Part shown: positions 19,543 through 28,404 of the stretch, in pieces
Layout: every line of letters starts with the position of its first letter
Numbering within the stretch: the stretch's first letter is position 1
Source of the DNA: Bacteroidota bacterium
GTDB lineage: Bacteria; Bacteroidota; Bacteroidia; Bacteroidales; ML635J-15
Assembly: GCA_034658655.1 (NCBI GenBank)
Contig: JAYEFQ010000004.1
Span: forward strand, 1-63,012
DNA length: 63,012 nucleotides
Direction of reading: 5' to 3'
The notes under the pieces: model-generated
Told to the model about the DNA's origin: nothing
What the model saw: only the letters and a program-made list of their open reading frames with translations
The model's database searches: none
Program-made: the position numbers and the translations under genes

Positions 19543-20955
19543 ATGGAATTAACTTTTATTGATTCGTTTTTACAAGCATTACAAAGTGGGATTGAATGGT
19601 ATAATAATTATATTGGCGGCGTTTTAATTATAATACTTTTAATTCCTGTCGGGATATTTTTTACAATAAAACTTCGATTACTGCAACTTACAAGAATTGG
19701 ACATACCTTTCGGGTTATCGCCGGAAAATATGATAATAAAAAAGATAAAGGAGATGTTAATCATTTTAAAGCGCTGACAACTGCGCTTTCTGCCACTGTT
19801 GGTACCGGAAATATTGTTGGTGTAAGTCTTGCCATATTATATGGTGGCCCCGGTGCTATTTTTTGGATGTGGGTAACCGCTTTTTTTGGAATGATTCTGA
19901 AACTTGTGGAAAATACCTTGGCGTTAAAATATCGAGTGATAAATTCTGACGGAACCGTTTCCGGAGGACCAATGTATTACCTTAAAGCCCTGAAACCTAA
20001 AATCGGGAAATCGGCAACTGTACTTGCCATGGTATTTGCAATTGCCGCCGTTTTATGCTCCTTGGGAACGGGAAATATGGCTCAGTCTAATTCCATGGCT
20101 GAGGCATTGTTGGATACATATCAAATTCCTAAAATAGTGTCAGCTTTAGTTATTACCGGATTTGTTTTATTGATTGTCGTTGGAGGATTAAAACGAATCG
20201 CTAATGTTACATCACGCTTGGTGCCAATTATGGCAATCTTTTATGTGTTGCTTTCATTATTGATTATCGGTATTAATTATGACCAAATATTACCTGCTTT
20301 TGGATTGATTTTTCGAGATGCATTTACAGGAGAGGCAGCAACCGGTGGATTTCTCGGTTCTGCTTTCATCATGACAATGCTAATGGGAGTGAGGCGAGGC
20401 TTGTTTTCCAATGAAGCGGGACAAGGTTCTTCCCCCATGGCGCATGCGGCTGCAAAAACAGAATATCCCGTTAGAGAAGGACTTGTCGCTTCAGTTGAGC
20501 CACTGGTTGATACAATAATAATATGTACAATGACAGCCCTTGTCATTATAACTACAGGTGCCTGGAATTCAGGGGAGGAAGGTGTCAGAATGACACTTCT
20601 GGGATTTGAAACCGGACTTGCGAAAATTCAAATGGGTCAAGTTGCAAAACATATCGTAACTGTCGGTTTAATGCTTTTTGCTTTTTCTACAATTATTAGT
20701 TGGTCGTATTACGGAACTCGTGCAGTACAATATCTTATCGGAGAAAAAGCAATTAAACCATATTATTATTTTTATAGTCTGTTTGTCCTCTTAGGAGCTG
20801 TCGGTGGGCTTGATTTGGTTTGGAGCTTTGTGGATATGGTCATTACCTTTATGACAATTCCGAATCTCATCGGGCTAATCTTATTGGCACCTGTCATGAA
20901 GCGAGAAGTAGATAAATATTTTGCCGCAATGAAAGAAACGAAAACGCTGTATTAA
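19543..20955 (+). CDS. Alanine/glycine:cation symporter (AGCS) family protein
   Basis: LSATVGTGNIVGV and GGPGAIFWMW motifs. ATG 19543 removes the ORF-track overlap with the upstream gene. Confidence 0.9.
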   Translation: MELTFIDSFLQALQSGIEWYNNYIGGVLIIILLIPVGIFFTIKLRLLQLTRIGHTFRVIAGKYDNKKDKGDVNHFKALTTALSATVGTGNIVGVSLAILYGGPGAIFWMWVTAFFGMILKLVENTLALKYRVINSDGTVSGGPMYYLKALKPKIGKSATVLAMVFAIAAVLCSLGTGNMAQSNSMAEALLDTYQIPKIVSALVITGFVLLIVVGGLKRIANVTSRLVPIMAIFYVLLSLLIIGINYDQILPAFGLIFRDAFTGEAATGGFLGSAFIMTMLMGVRRGLFSNEAGQGSSPMAHAAAKTEYPVREGLVASVEPLVDTIIICTMTALVIITTGAWNSGEEGVRMTLLGFETGLAKIQMGQVAKHIVTVGLMLFAFSTIISWSYYGTRAVQYLIGEKAIKPYYYFYSLFVLLGAVGGLDLVWSFVDMVITFMTIPNLIGLILLAPVMKREVDKYFAAMKETKTLY

Positions 20956-22067
20956 TGAAATCTCAGCGATGGAAAGATATATTAGATTTTTCTGCTCGTG
21001 AAAAACGAGGAGTGATTATTTTGATTGGGATTTTGTTGCTTGTAATCGGATTAAAAGTTCTTCAGCCGTGGAATCAGAATAAAGAAGCAATTGATTTTTC
21101 TGTTTATGAAAGCGATATTGATCGATTTGAGGCAGAATTAGTGGAGGCGTCAAATACTCAAAAAACAAACTATCGACAGCGAAAATCCGATAATGATAGG
21201 TACGAATTTGATTTTAAGACTGAAAAAATTGTTTTTAATCCTAATAAGGCTTCAAAAGAATCAATGAAATCGCTTGGATTTAGTGATGCGCTAGTGGATA
21301 ATATCCTAAATTACCGTAAAGCAGGTGGTAAGTTCATCCAAGCCGACGATTTAGAAAAGCTTTATACAATGGATGAAGCCTTTTTTGAGACAATTGAACC
21401 ATTTATTCGCTTTGATGATGATCAGTCTGAAAATCAACAGTTTGAACATTTTGCATTTAATCCAAATGTCATATCAAAAGATAGTCTAATTTTATTGGGA
21501 TTCCCTGAGTTTATTGCTAATCGATGGGTGAATTTTAGAAGTGCAGGTGCCGGATTTGCGACTGTTAACGATATCCGACAAATTTATGGAATAGATACTT
21601 TGCTGGTGAATGAACTCAGAGATTACATGATCTTTCCGGAAAATAAAACAGAAACCATTGAAAGCCATGAAATTCCTGAGTTAAATACTTGTGAGTTTCG
21701 CGATTTAGTTCGTATTGACGGCATTAATTCATCAACAGCATCCAAGGTGTTGTCTTATCGAAAGTTGTTGGGAGGCTATGTACAGCATGAACAATTGCTT
21801 GAAGTTTATGATATGACAACTGAAAGTTATCATATCCTAATAGAAAAAACGACAATTAATTCAGAGGCGATTTCTAAAATTCAAGTGAATCAGGCTGAGT
21901 TTTCTGATTTATTGCGGCATCCATATCTTAATAAAAAAGAAGTAAAGGCAATTATGAATTTCCGCGATTTTAAAGGGCGCATCACTGAGCTTGAAGCATT
22001 CAAGAAAAATAAGCTTATTTCAGACAGTATATACAATAAAATTCATCCATATTTAAGTACAGAGTAA
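20955..22067 (+). CDS. Membrane-anchored helix-hairpin-helix repeat protein (ComEA-like)
   Basis: N-terminal TM helix, then three repeats of the FNPN..S...L..LGF / IDGINSSTASKVLSYR type. Confidence 0.7.
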   Translation: MKSQRWKDILDFSAREKRGVIILIGILLLVIGLKVLQPWNQNKEAIDFSVYESDIDRFEAELVEASNTQKTNYRQRKSDNDRYEFDFKTEKIVFNPNKASKESMKSLGFSDALVDNILNYRKAGGKFIQADDLEKLYTMDEAFFETIEPFIRFDDDQSENQQFEHFAFNPNVISKDSLILLGFPEFIANRWVNFRSAGAGFATVNDIRQIYGIDTLLVNELRDYMIFPENKTETIESHEIPELNTCEFRDLVRIDGINSSTASKVLSYRKLLGGYVQHEQLLEVYDMTTESYHILIEKTTINSEAISKIQVNQAEFSDLLRHPYLNKKEVKAIMNFRDFKGRITELEAFKKNKLISDSIYNKIHPYLSTE

Positions 22068-22072
22068 AAATA

Positions 22073-22104
22073 TTTGATGTTTTGAAAATAATTGTTTAGT
22101 TTTG
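22073..22104 (+). promoter_or_regulatory. Putative promoter for rpsU (-33 TTTG, -7 TAGTTTTG)
   Basis: TTTG at 22073-22076 and TAGTTTTG at 22097-22104, 20 nt apart, 35 nt upstream of ATG 22140. Confidence 0.45.
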
Positions 22105-22139
22105 CGCTCCCAAAATGAATAATTTAAAAATTTAACAAT

Positions 22140-22331
22140 ATGATTATTGTACCAGTAAAAGAAGGTGAAAACATTGACAGAGCATTGAAACGCTTTAAAC
22201 GGAAATTTGAAAAAACCGGTGTTATCAAAGAACTGAGAAATCGTCAGGCATTTACCAAACCCTCTATGGTTAAGCGTAAACAAATGATACACGCTAAATA
22301 CATTCAGAAACTTCAGGATATGAGTAATTAA
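22140..22331 (+). CDS. rpsU: 30S ribosomal protein S21
   Basis: 63 aa; ALKRFKRKFEKTGVIKELR motif. Confidence 0.95.
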   Translation: MIIVPVKEGENIDRALKRFKRKFEKTGVIKELRNRQAFTKPSMVKRKQMIHAKYIQKLQDMSN

Positions 22332-22398
22332 TTTCCTGTCATGTGTAACCAAAATCTGAATTTTACGTAAATGTAATGTACAGATTGTTGTTGAAAGA

Positions 22399-23304
22399 AT
22401 GCACATGGAGAAATTTATTCAATATCTGGAATTTGAAAAAAGGTATTCCGGACTTACAATAAAAGCATACAGGAAAGATTTACAAGTATTTTATAAATAC
22501 TTTTCCATTGATAGTGACCAGGCATTAGATATCCTTGACGCAAAGGAAATCCGTGCCTGGATTATTTATTTAATGGAACAGAACTCAGCAAAAACTGTCA
22601 ATCGAAAATTGAGCACACTTCGCTCTTTTTATCGATATCTTCAAAAACAAGGCAGGGTAACTCATAATCCTACCTTAAAAGTACTAGCCCCAAAAATAAA
22701 AAAAAGTTTACCTGAATTTGTTCCTGAGTCTCAAATTAACAATATTAAAAATATCCTTTCTGACAAGACAGATGATTTTAATGAGTTGCGGGATTTGTTG
22801 ATTCTTGAATTCATATATAATACAGGTGTTAGAATGTCCGAATTAATTCATTTAAGACATGACCATATATATATAGAGGAAAGTCAAATTAAAGTATTGG
22901 GTAAACGAAATAAAGAACGGCTAATCCCCATCAGTGATTTTTTATTGAAAATTATTGTCCGTTATGAAACTTTTAAGAAAGATATGGGTTTTTTATGTAA
23001 TAATGATGCCTCATTTTTTGTTACAAATAAAGGAGCAAAGTTGTATCCCGCATTTTTATATCGAAAAGTGAATTATTATTTAAGTCAAATAAGCAGTATT
23101 GAAAAGAAAAGCCCACATATCTTACGGCATAGTTTTGCCACTCATATGTTAAATCATGGTGCAGATTTGAATGCGATTAAAGATTTGTTGGGGCATTCAA
23201 GCCTTGCAGCAACACAAGTATATACGCATAATAGTTTTGAGCAATTAAAAAAAGTTTATAAACAGGCTCATCCATGGGCCGAAAAAAAGGAGGAAAGAGT
23301 ATGA
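22399..23304 (+). CDS. Tyrosine recombinase, XerC/XerD-like
   Basis: SAM-like N-domain (LTIKAYRKDLQVF). Catalytic RMSEL, HILRHSFATH and LLGHSSLAATQVYTH. Confidence 0.88.
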   Translation: MHMEKFIQYLEFEKRYSGLTIKAYRKDLQVFYKYFSIDSDQALDILDAKEIRAWIIYLMEQNSAKTVNRKLSTLRSFYRYLQKQGRVTHNPTLKVLAPKIKKSLPEFVPESQINNIKNILSDKTDDFNELRDLLILEFIYNTGVRMSELIHLRHDHIYIEESQIKVLGKRNKERLIPISDFLLKIIVRYETFKKDMGFLCNNDASFFVTNKGAKLYPAFLYRKVNYYLSQISSIEKKSPHILRHSFATHMLNHGADLNAIKDLLGHSSLAATQVYTHNSFEQLKKVYKQAHPWAEKKEERV

Positions 23305-23603
23305 ATATTGCAGTACAGTCATTACGTTTTGATGCAGACAAGAAATTAGTGGATTTTATTGAAACCCGTATGGAAAAATTGTCTCAAGTGGCTCCAGATA
23401 TGCTCGGAGCTGATGTAACCCTTAGTTTAGAAAACGTAGATCATGATGAAAATAAGATCGCCGAAATAAAAATTGAAATCCCCGGAAAAACAGATGTCTT
23501 TGCTAAAAAACAAGCTAAAAGCTTCGAAGAGGCTGTGGATCAGACATCTCAGGCCTTGAGAAGACAGCTTAGAAAATTTAAAGAGAAACAAAGACAAAAA
23601 TAA
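23301..23603 (+). CDS. hpf: Ribosome hibernation/associated factor (HPF/RaiA, short form)
   Basis: MNIAVQSLRFDADKKLVDFIE...; about 100 aa; basic C-terminus. ATGA overlap with the recombinase stop. Confidence 0.85.
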   Translation: MNIAVQSLRFDADKKLVDFIETRMEKLSQVAPDMLGADVTLSLENVDHDENKIAEIKIEIPGKTDVFAKKQAKSFEEAVDQTSQALRRQLRKFKEKQRQK

Positions 23604-23615
23604 TCTTAAAATATT

Positions 23616-23646
23616 TTTGGTAGTAAAATAAAACTGACTATATTTG
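23616..23646 (+). promoter_or_regulatory. Putative promoter of the tRNA-tuf cluster (-33 TTTG, -7 TATATTTG)
   Basis: TTTG at 23616-23619 and TATATTTG at 23639-23646, 19 nt apart, about 50 nt upstream of tRNA-Thr. Confidence 0.5.
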
Positions 23647-23662
23647 CACTCCATTTTAGAAA

Positions 23663-23676
23663 ACAGGTTAACCTGT
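23663..23676. promoter_or_regulatory. Perfect 14-bp palindrome ACAGGTTAACCTGT between the promoter and the first tRNA
   Basis: Direct reading; self-complementary over all 14 nt. Confidence 0.5.
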
Positions 23677-23697
23677 AAGGTTCTTTAGGAGACAAAT

Positions 23698-23771
23698 GCC
23701 GATGTAGCTCAGCTGGTCAGAGCAGCTGATTTGTAATCAGCAGGTCGGGGGTTCGAATCCGTCCATCGGCT
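23698..23771 (+). tRNA. tRNA-Thr (anticodon TGT)
   Basis: Acceptor GCCGATG/CATCGGC, D-arm GCTC..GAGC, anticodon loop TTTGTAA, T-loop TTCGAAT. As read, the T-stem has one G-G mismatch. Confidence 0.9.
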
Positions 23772-23796
23772 CTTTGTTTTACATGTTATTAATGTT

Positions 23797-23879
23797 GGGG
23801 AGATACCAAAGTGGCCAACTGGGGCAGACTGTAACTCTGCTGTCTTATGACTTCGGAGGTTCGAATCCTCCTCTCCCCA
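23797..23879 (+). tRNA. tRNA-Tyr (anticodon GTA), long variable arm
   Basis: Acceptor GGGGAGA/TCTCCCC, anticodon loop CTGTAAC, T-loop TTCGAAT, 83 nt. Confidence 0.93.
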
Positions 23880-23901
23880 CGTTTTCTATTTTAATAAGGA
23901 C

Positions 23902-23974
23902 GCGGGAATAGCTCAGTTGGTAGAGCACAACCCTTCCAAGGTTGGGGTCGCGAGTTCGAGCCTCGTTTCCCGCT
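23902..23974 (+). tRNA. tRNA-Gly (anticodon TCC)
   Basis: Acceptor GCGGGAA/TTCCCGC, anticodon loop CTTCCAA, T-loop TTCGAGC. Confidence 0.95.
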
Positions 23975-23979
23975 CGAGT

Positions 23980-24051
<72 letters not shown>

Positions 24052-24095
24052 CAATTTTTTTTATTTTATCATATACGTAATTAATAAGTAAAACC

Positions 24096-25283
24096 ATGGC
24101 AAAAGAAAAATTTCAAAGAACGAAACCGCACGTCAATATCGGAACCATTGGTCACGTTGACCATGGTAAAACTACGTTGACCTCTGCCATTACAGAAGTA
24201 CTCGCTAAAAAAGGCTTGGCAACTTCTGCTAGTTTTGATTCTATTGACAATGCCCCTGAAGAAAAAGAAAGAGGGATTACAATTAACTCAGCTCACGTTG
24301 AGTATGAAACTGAAAATCGTCACTACGCTCACGTTGACTGTCCTGGTCACGCCGACTATGTTAAAAACATGGTAACTGGTGCTGCTCAAATGGACGGTGC
24401 AATTTTGGTAGTAGCTGCAACTGATGGTCCTATGCCTCAGACTCGTGAGCACATCTTGCTCGCTCGTCAGGTAAATGTACCTAAATTGGTTGTTTTCTTG
24501 AACAAATGTGACCTCGTTGATGACGAAGAGTTGCTCGAACTAGTTGATATGGAAGTTCGCGAATTATTGTCATTCTACGAATTCGATGGTGATGAAACTC
24601 CAGTTATTCAGGGTTCTGCACTTGCAGCACTTAACGGTGAGGCTGACGGCGAAGCTAAGGTTACTGAGTTGATGGCTGCTGTTGATGAATGGATTCCGGT
24701 TCCTCCACGTGAAAACGAAAAACCATTCCTGATGCCGGTAGAGGACGTTTTCTCTATCACGGGTCGTGGTACTGTTGCAACTGGTCGTATCGAAACCGGC
24801 ACAGTTAACACTGGTGAAGCAGTTCACCTCATTGGTCTTGGTGCTGAATCTAAAAAGACTGTTGTTACTGGTGTTGAAATGTTCCGTAAAATTCTCGATA
24901 CAGGAGAAGCTGGTGACAATGTTGGTCTCCTACTCCGTGGTGTTGACAAAAAAGAAATTAAACGTGGTATGGTAATCGCTCATCCTGGTTCCATTAAACC
25001 ACATACTAGTTTCAAAGCAGAGGTTTATGTACTGAAAAAAGAAGAAGGTGGACGTCACACTCCATTCCATAACGACTATCGTCCTCAGTTTTACATACGT
25101 ACACTTGATGTAACTGGTGAAATTACACTTCCTGAAGGAATTGAAATGGTTATGCCTGGTGATAATGTAACAATTAACGTGAAATTAATTTATCCCGTTG
25201 CTTGTAACGTTGGTCTTCGTTTCGCAATTCGCGAAGGTGGACGCACAGTAGGTGCTGGTCAGATTATTTCTGTTGAGGAATAA
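24096..25283 (+). CDS. tuf: Elongation factor Tu
   Basis: [18 protein letters not shown] and NKCD motifs; 395 aa. Confidence 0.99.
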   Translation: MAKEKFQRTKPHVNIGTIGHVDHGKTTLTSAITEVLAKKGLATSASFDSIDNAPEEKERGITINSAHVEYETENRHYAHVDCPGHADYVKNMVTGAAQMDGAILVVAATDGPMPQTREHILLARQVNVPKLVVFLNKCDLVDDEELLELVDMEVRELLSFYEFDGDETPVIQGSALAALNGEADGEAKVTELMAAVDEWIPVPPRENEKPFLMPVEDVFSITGRGTVATGRIETGTVNTGEAVHLIGLGAESKKTVVTGVEMFRKILDTGEAGDNVGLLLRGVDKKEIKRGMVIAHPGSIKPHTSFKAEVYVLKKEEGGRHTPFHNDYRPQFYIRTLDVTGEITLPEGIEMVMPGDNVTINVKLIYPVACNVGLRFAIREGGRTVGAGQIISVEE

Positions 25284-25306
25284 AGAAAATGTTATAAGAT
25301 AGAAAA

Positions 25307-25348
25307 TTAGTCTGGCTAATACCATACGGTTTTAGCCGACTAATTTTT
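25307..25348 (+). terminator. Hairpin plus T-run after tuf (terminator/attenuator before tRNA-Trp)
   Basis: ttagtc(t)ggcta at 25307-25318 pairs with tagccgactaa at 25333-25343, followed by ttttt. Confidence 0.7.
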
Positions 25349-25356
25349 ATCATTTT

Positions 25357-25429
25357 ACGGGTGTAGCTCAATTGGCAGAGCGACGGTCTCCAAAACCGTA
25401 GGCTGGGAGTTCGATTCTCTCCACCCGTG
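25357..25429 (+). tRNA. tRNA-Trp (anticodon CCA)
   Basis: Acceptor ACGGGTG/CACCCGT, anticodon loop CTCCAAA, T-loop TTCGATT, 73 nt. Confidence 0.93.
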
Positions 25430-25444
25430 CTAAGTGTTTGAAAG

Positions 25445-25636
25445 ATGGCAAATATCAAATCATATTTAAGAGGAACCTACGAAGAGTTGGTTCATAAAGT
25501 GTCATGGCCAGCATGGTCTGACCTACAAAATAGCGCAATAGTAGTAATGGTTGCTTCCGTAATAATAGCACTTATTGTTTATTTGATGGATGTTTCATTC
25601 AGGAATCTGCTTGAACTCATCTATAGTATTTTTTAA
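25445..25636 (+). CDS. secE: Preprotein translocase subunit SecE
   Basis: 63 aa; single C-terminal TM helix; sits between tRNA-Trp and nusG. Confidence 0.9.
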   Translation: MANIKSYLRGTYEELVHKVSWPAWSDLQNSAIVVMVASVIIALIVYLMDVSFRNLLELIYSIF

Positions 25637-25656
25637 TCATTGATTCGAGTATTAGC

Positions 25657-26202
25657 ATGGCTGATGTTGAAAAAAAATGGTACGTAATCAGAGCAATTAG
25701 TGGCAAAGAAAACAAGGTGAAAGAATACCTTGAACTCGAAGTCGCTCGCCTGAGTATCGAAAATCTAATTTCTAATGTGCTCATCCCGATGGAGAAATTC
25801 TATCAGGTGCGCAACGGAAAAAAAGTGTCTAAGGAAAGAAATTTCTTCCCTGGGTATATATTGATTGAAGCGATACTTGATGGTGAAGCAATTCACGTTA
25901 TTAAGAGTATTCCTAACGTAATGGGTTTTCTCGGTTCTAAAAATGGTGAACCTGTGCCCTTGAGGGAAAGCGAAGTGAATCGGATTCTCGGTAAAGTTGA
26001 CGAACTTGCTGAGCAAGAAGAAGAAATTAGCGTTCCTTTTTATGTTGGCGAATCAGTGAAAGTCACCGATGGACCATTCAATGGTTTTACTGGAAGCATT
26101 GAAGAAGTTCTCGAGGGCAAAAAGAAACTAAAAGTAATGGTGAAAATTTTTGGAAGAAAAACACCATTAGAATTGAGTTTTATGCAAGTAGAAAAAGAGT
26201 AA
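25657..26202 (+). CDS. nusG: Transcription termination/antitermination factor NusG
   Basis: NGN domain ([14 protein letters not shown]) and KOW motif ([21 protein letters not shown]). Confidence 0.97.
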   Translation: MADVEKKWYVIRAISGKENKVKEYLELEVARLSIENLISNVLIPMEKFYQVRNGKKVSKERNFFPGYILIEAILDGEAIHVIKSIPNVMGFLGSKNGEPVPLRESEVNRILGKVDELAEQEEEISVPFYVGESVKVTDGPFNGFTGSIEEVLEGKKKLKVMVKIFGRKTPLELSFMQVEKE

Positions 26203-26206
26203 TATT

Positions 26207-26650
26207 ATGGCTAAAAAAGTTGAGGCTCTCGTCAAACTGCAAATTCGTGGTGGTGCTGCAAATCCTTCACCTCCGGTTGGCCCTGCATTGGGTGCAAAAG
26301 GAGTGAATATTATGGAATTTTGCAAGCAGTTCAACGCAAGGACGCAGGAACAGCCAGGAAAAGTCTTACCCGTAATCATAACTGTTTACGGTGATAAATC
26401 TTTTGATTTTATCATTAAGACTCCTCCTGCTGCCGTTCAAGTGCTTGAGGCCAGTAAACAAAAAAAAGGTTCTGGAGAACCTAACCGTGTTAAGGTCGGA
26501 TCTGTTACCTGGGATCAGGTAAAACAGATTGCCGAAGATAAAATGCCTGACTTAAATTGCTTTTCAATTGAATCTGCAATGAAGATGGTAGCTGGCACGG
26601 CTCGTAGTATGGGGATAAACGTAAAAGGTGAAGCCCCCTTTGATAATTAA
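26207..26650 (+). CDS. rplK: 50S ribosomal protein L11
   Basis: [21 protein letters not shown] motif. Confidence 0.98.
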   Translation: MAKKVEALVKLQIRGGAANPSPPVGPALGAKGVNIMEFCKQFNARTQEQPGKVLPVIITVYGDKSFDFIIKTPPAAVQVLEASKQKKGSGEPNRVKVGSVTWDQVKQIAEDKMPDLNCFSIESAMKMVAGTARSMGINVKGEAPFDN

Positions 26651-26666
26651 TTAAGCGTGACTCGAC

Positions 26667-27359
26667 ATGGCGAAAAAGACAAAAAACAGAAAACAGGCTT
26701 TAGAAAAGATCGAACCAGGAAAACTGTATCCGATTCAAGAAGCTTCGCAAATTTTGAAAGAAATTACATTCACAAAATTTGATGCTGCAGTTGATATGGA
26801 TGTCAGGCTTGGGGTAGATCCCCGAAAAGCGAACCAAATGGTAAGAGGGGTAACCACCTTGCCACATGGTACTGGGAAAGAAGTCAAAGTGCTTGTGCTG
26901 TGTACACCTGATAAGGAAGAGGAAGCCAAAAATGCCGGAGCCGATATGGTCGGTCTCGATGAATATGTCGAGAAAATCCAAAACGGATGGGTTGATTTTG
27001 ATGTGATCATCACTATGCCATCCGCAATGGGGAAAGTCGGTAAACTTGGTAGAGTTCTCGGTCCTCGTGGTTTAATGCCAAACCCTAAAGCAGGGACTGT
27101 TACTATGGAAATCGGTAAAGCCGTTGAAGAAGTGAAAAAAGGTAAAATCGATTTTAAAGTAGACAAATTTGGTATCATCCACACTCGAGTAGGAACAGTT
27201 TCATTTACACCTGAGCAAATTGCTGACAATGTCAAAGAATTGTCTCAGACAATTATGAAATTGAAACCTTCATCCTCGAAAGGAACTTATATGTTAAGTG
27301 TGCATATTTCCAGCACAATGAGTCCTGGAATTCGTATCGACCCAAAGTCGTTAGTGTAA
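26667..27359 (+). CDS. rplA: 50S ribosomal protein L1
   Basis: 230 aa; [24 protein letters not shown] motif. Confidence 0.98.
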   Translation: MAKKTKNRKQALEKIEPGKLYPIQEASQILKEITFTKFDAAVDMDVRLGVDPRKANQMVRGVTTLPHGTGKEVKVLVLCTPDKEEEAKNAGADMVGLDEYVEKIQNGWVDFDVIITMPSAMGKVGKLGRVLGPRGLMPNPKAGTVTMEIGKAVEEVKKGKIDFKVDKFGIIHTRVGTVSFTPEQIADNVKELSQTIMKLKPSSSKGTYMLSVHISSTMSPGIRIDPKSLV

Positions 27360-27377
27360 ATTTTAAATCAACCTAAC

Positions 27378-27896
27378 ATGAAAAGGGAAGACAAAAACAT
27401 CCTAATCGAACAGATTTCCGAAGAGATTAATAAATATGACCATTTTTATCTTGCTGATATAGCTGGATTAAATGCTTCAGACTCTACTGAACTCAGAGGG
27501 AAATGTTACGAACAAGGAATTAAATTAATGGTAGTAAAGAATACCTTAATGAAACTTGCTTTGGACAAAGCAGATGGTGAATTCGAAGAACTCTATTCGG
27601 TTCTGAAAGATAATACCGCTGTTATGTTTGCAGATACTGCAAATGCACCAGGGAAAGTCATTAAAGGTTTCTTAGATAAACATGAAAAACCTATGCTTAA
27701 AGCTGCTTTTGCAGCGGATAGTATTTTCGTTGGTGAAGAAAATCTCGATATGTTGGCTTCTATGAAGTCGCATGATGAACTCATCGGAGATATCGTGATT
27801 CTATTACAATCACCTATGAAAACAGTCATCTCTCAACTCCAAAGTGGAGGTCAAACAATTTCTGGTGTATTGAAAGCATTAGAAGAAAAAGAGTAA
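27378..27896 (+). CDS. rplJ: 50S ribosomal protein L10
   Basis: Size, position between rplA and rplL, typical N-terminus. Confidence 0.95.
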   Translation: MKREDKNILIEQISEEINKYDHFYLADIAGLNASDSTELRGKCYEQGIKLMVVKNTLMKLALDKADGEFEELYSVLKDNTAVMFADTANAPGKVIKGFLDKHEKPMLKAAFAADSIFVGEENLDMLASMKSHDELIGDIVILLQSPMKTVISQLQSGGQTISGVLKALEEKE

Positions 27897-27935
27897 TTAA
27901 TTTATTAGTGAATATCATTTTAAAAGTATAGTATA

Positions 27936-28310
27936 ATGGCAGATCTAAAAAAAATGGCAGAAGAGCTCGTAAACCTTACTGTTAAAGATGTCAACGAACT
28001 TGCAGAGATTCTTAAAGAAGAATACGGTATCGAACCTGCAGCTGCGGCTGCTGTAGTTGCTGCACCTGGTGCTGGCGACAACGCTGCTGAAGCTGAGCAA
28101 ACTGAATTCGATGTTATGTTGAACTCTCCTGGACAAGCAAAGTTGAAAATTATTAAAGCTGTTAAAGAAGTATCTGGGCTTGGTCTTAAAGAAGCGAAAG
28201 CGCTTGTAGATAGTGCTCCTGCTGCAATTAAGGAAGGAATTCCTAAAGATGAAGCAGAAGCATTGAAAGCAAGGCTTGAAGAAGAAGGCGCTGAAGTTGA
28301 AATTAAATAA
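27936..28310 (+). CDS. rplL: 50S ribosomal protein L7/L12
   Basis: Ala-rich hinge; C-terminal [12 protein letters not shown]...[19 protein letters not shown]. Confidence 0.98.
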   Translation: MADLKKMAEELVNLTVKDVNELAEILKEEYGIEPAAAAAVVAAPGAGDNAAEAEQTEFDVMLNSPGQAKLKIIKAVKEVSGLGLKEAKALVDSAPAAIKEGIPKDEAEALKARLEEEGAEVEIK

Positions 28311-28333
28311 GTTTAGCTCCTTATAGCGAATTT

Positions 28334-28366
28334 AGGTTTAAAATCGGCATTCCCGGTTTTAAACCT
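28334..28366 (+). terminator. rplL-rpoB intergenic attenuator hairpin
   Basis: aggtttaaaatcgg at 28334-28347 pairs with ccggttttaaacct at 28353-28366 (one mismatch), followed by a T-rich tract. Position matches the well-known rplL-rpoB attenuator. Confidence 0.7.
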
Positions 28367-28404
28367 TTCGTTGTTTATGTTTTTCTTTAACTAATTCATC
28401 GTCA

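Noticed and set aside
26735-27235. Long antisense ORFs inside highly expressed genes. Examples: the 166-aa ORF opposite rplA, 35778-36146 opposite rpoC, 56588-56974 opposite the YiiX gene, and 51532-51873 opposite skp.
   Set aside because: They lie entirely within confidently identified genes on the other strand, have low-complexity or odd composition, and show no recognisable motifs. They are the expected shadow ORFs of codon-biased genes.
26203-27377. Looked for the L10 and L11/L1 autoregulatory mRNA leaders before rplK, rplA and rplJ.
   Set aside because: The spacers are only 4, 16 and 18 nt, too short for the known leader structures. Regulation must differ here or lie within coding sequence.
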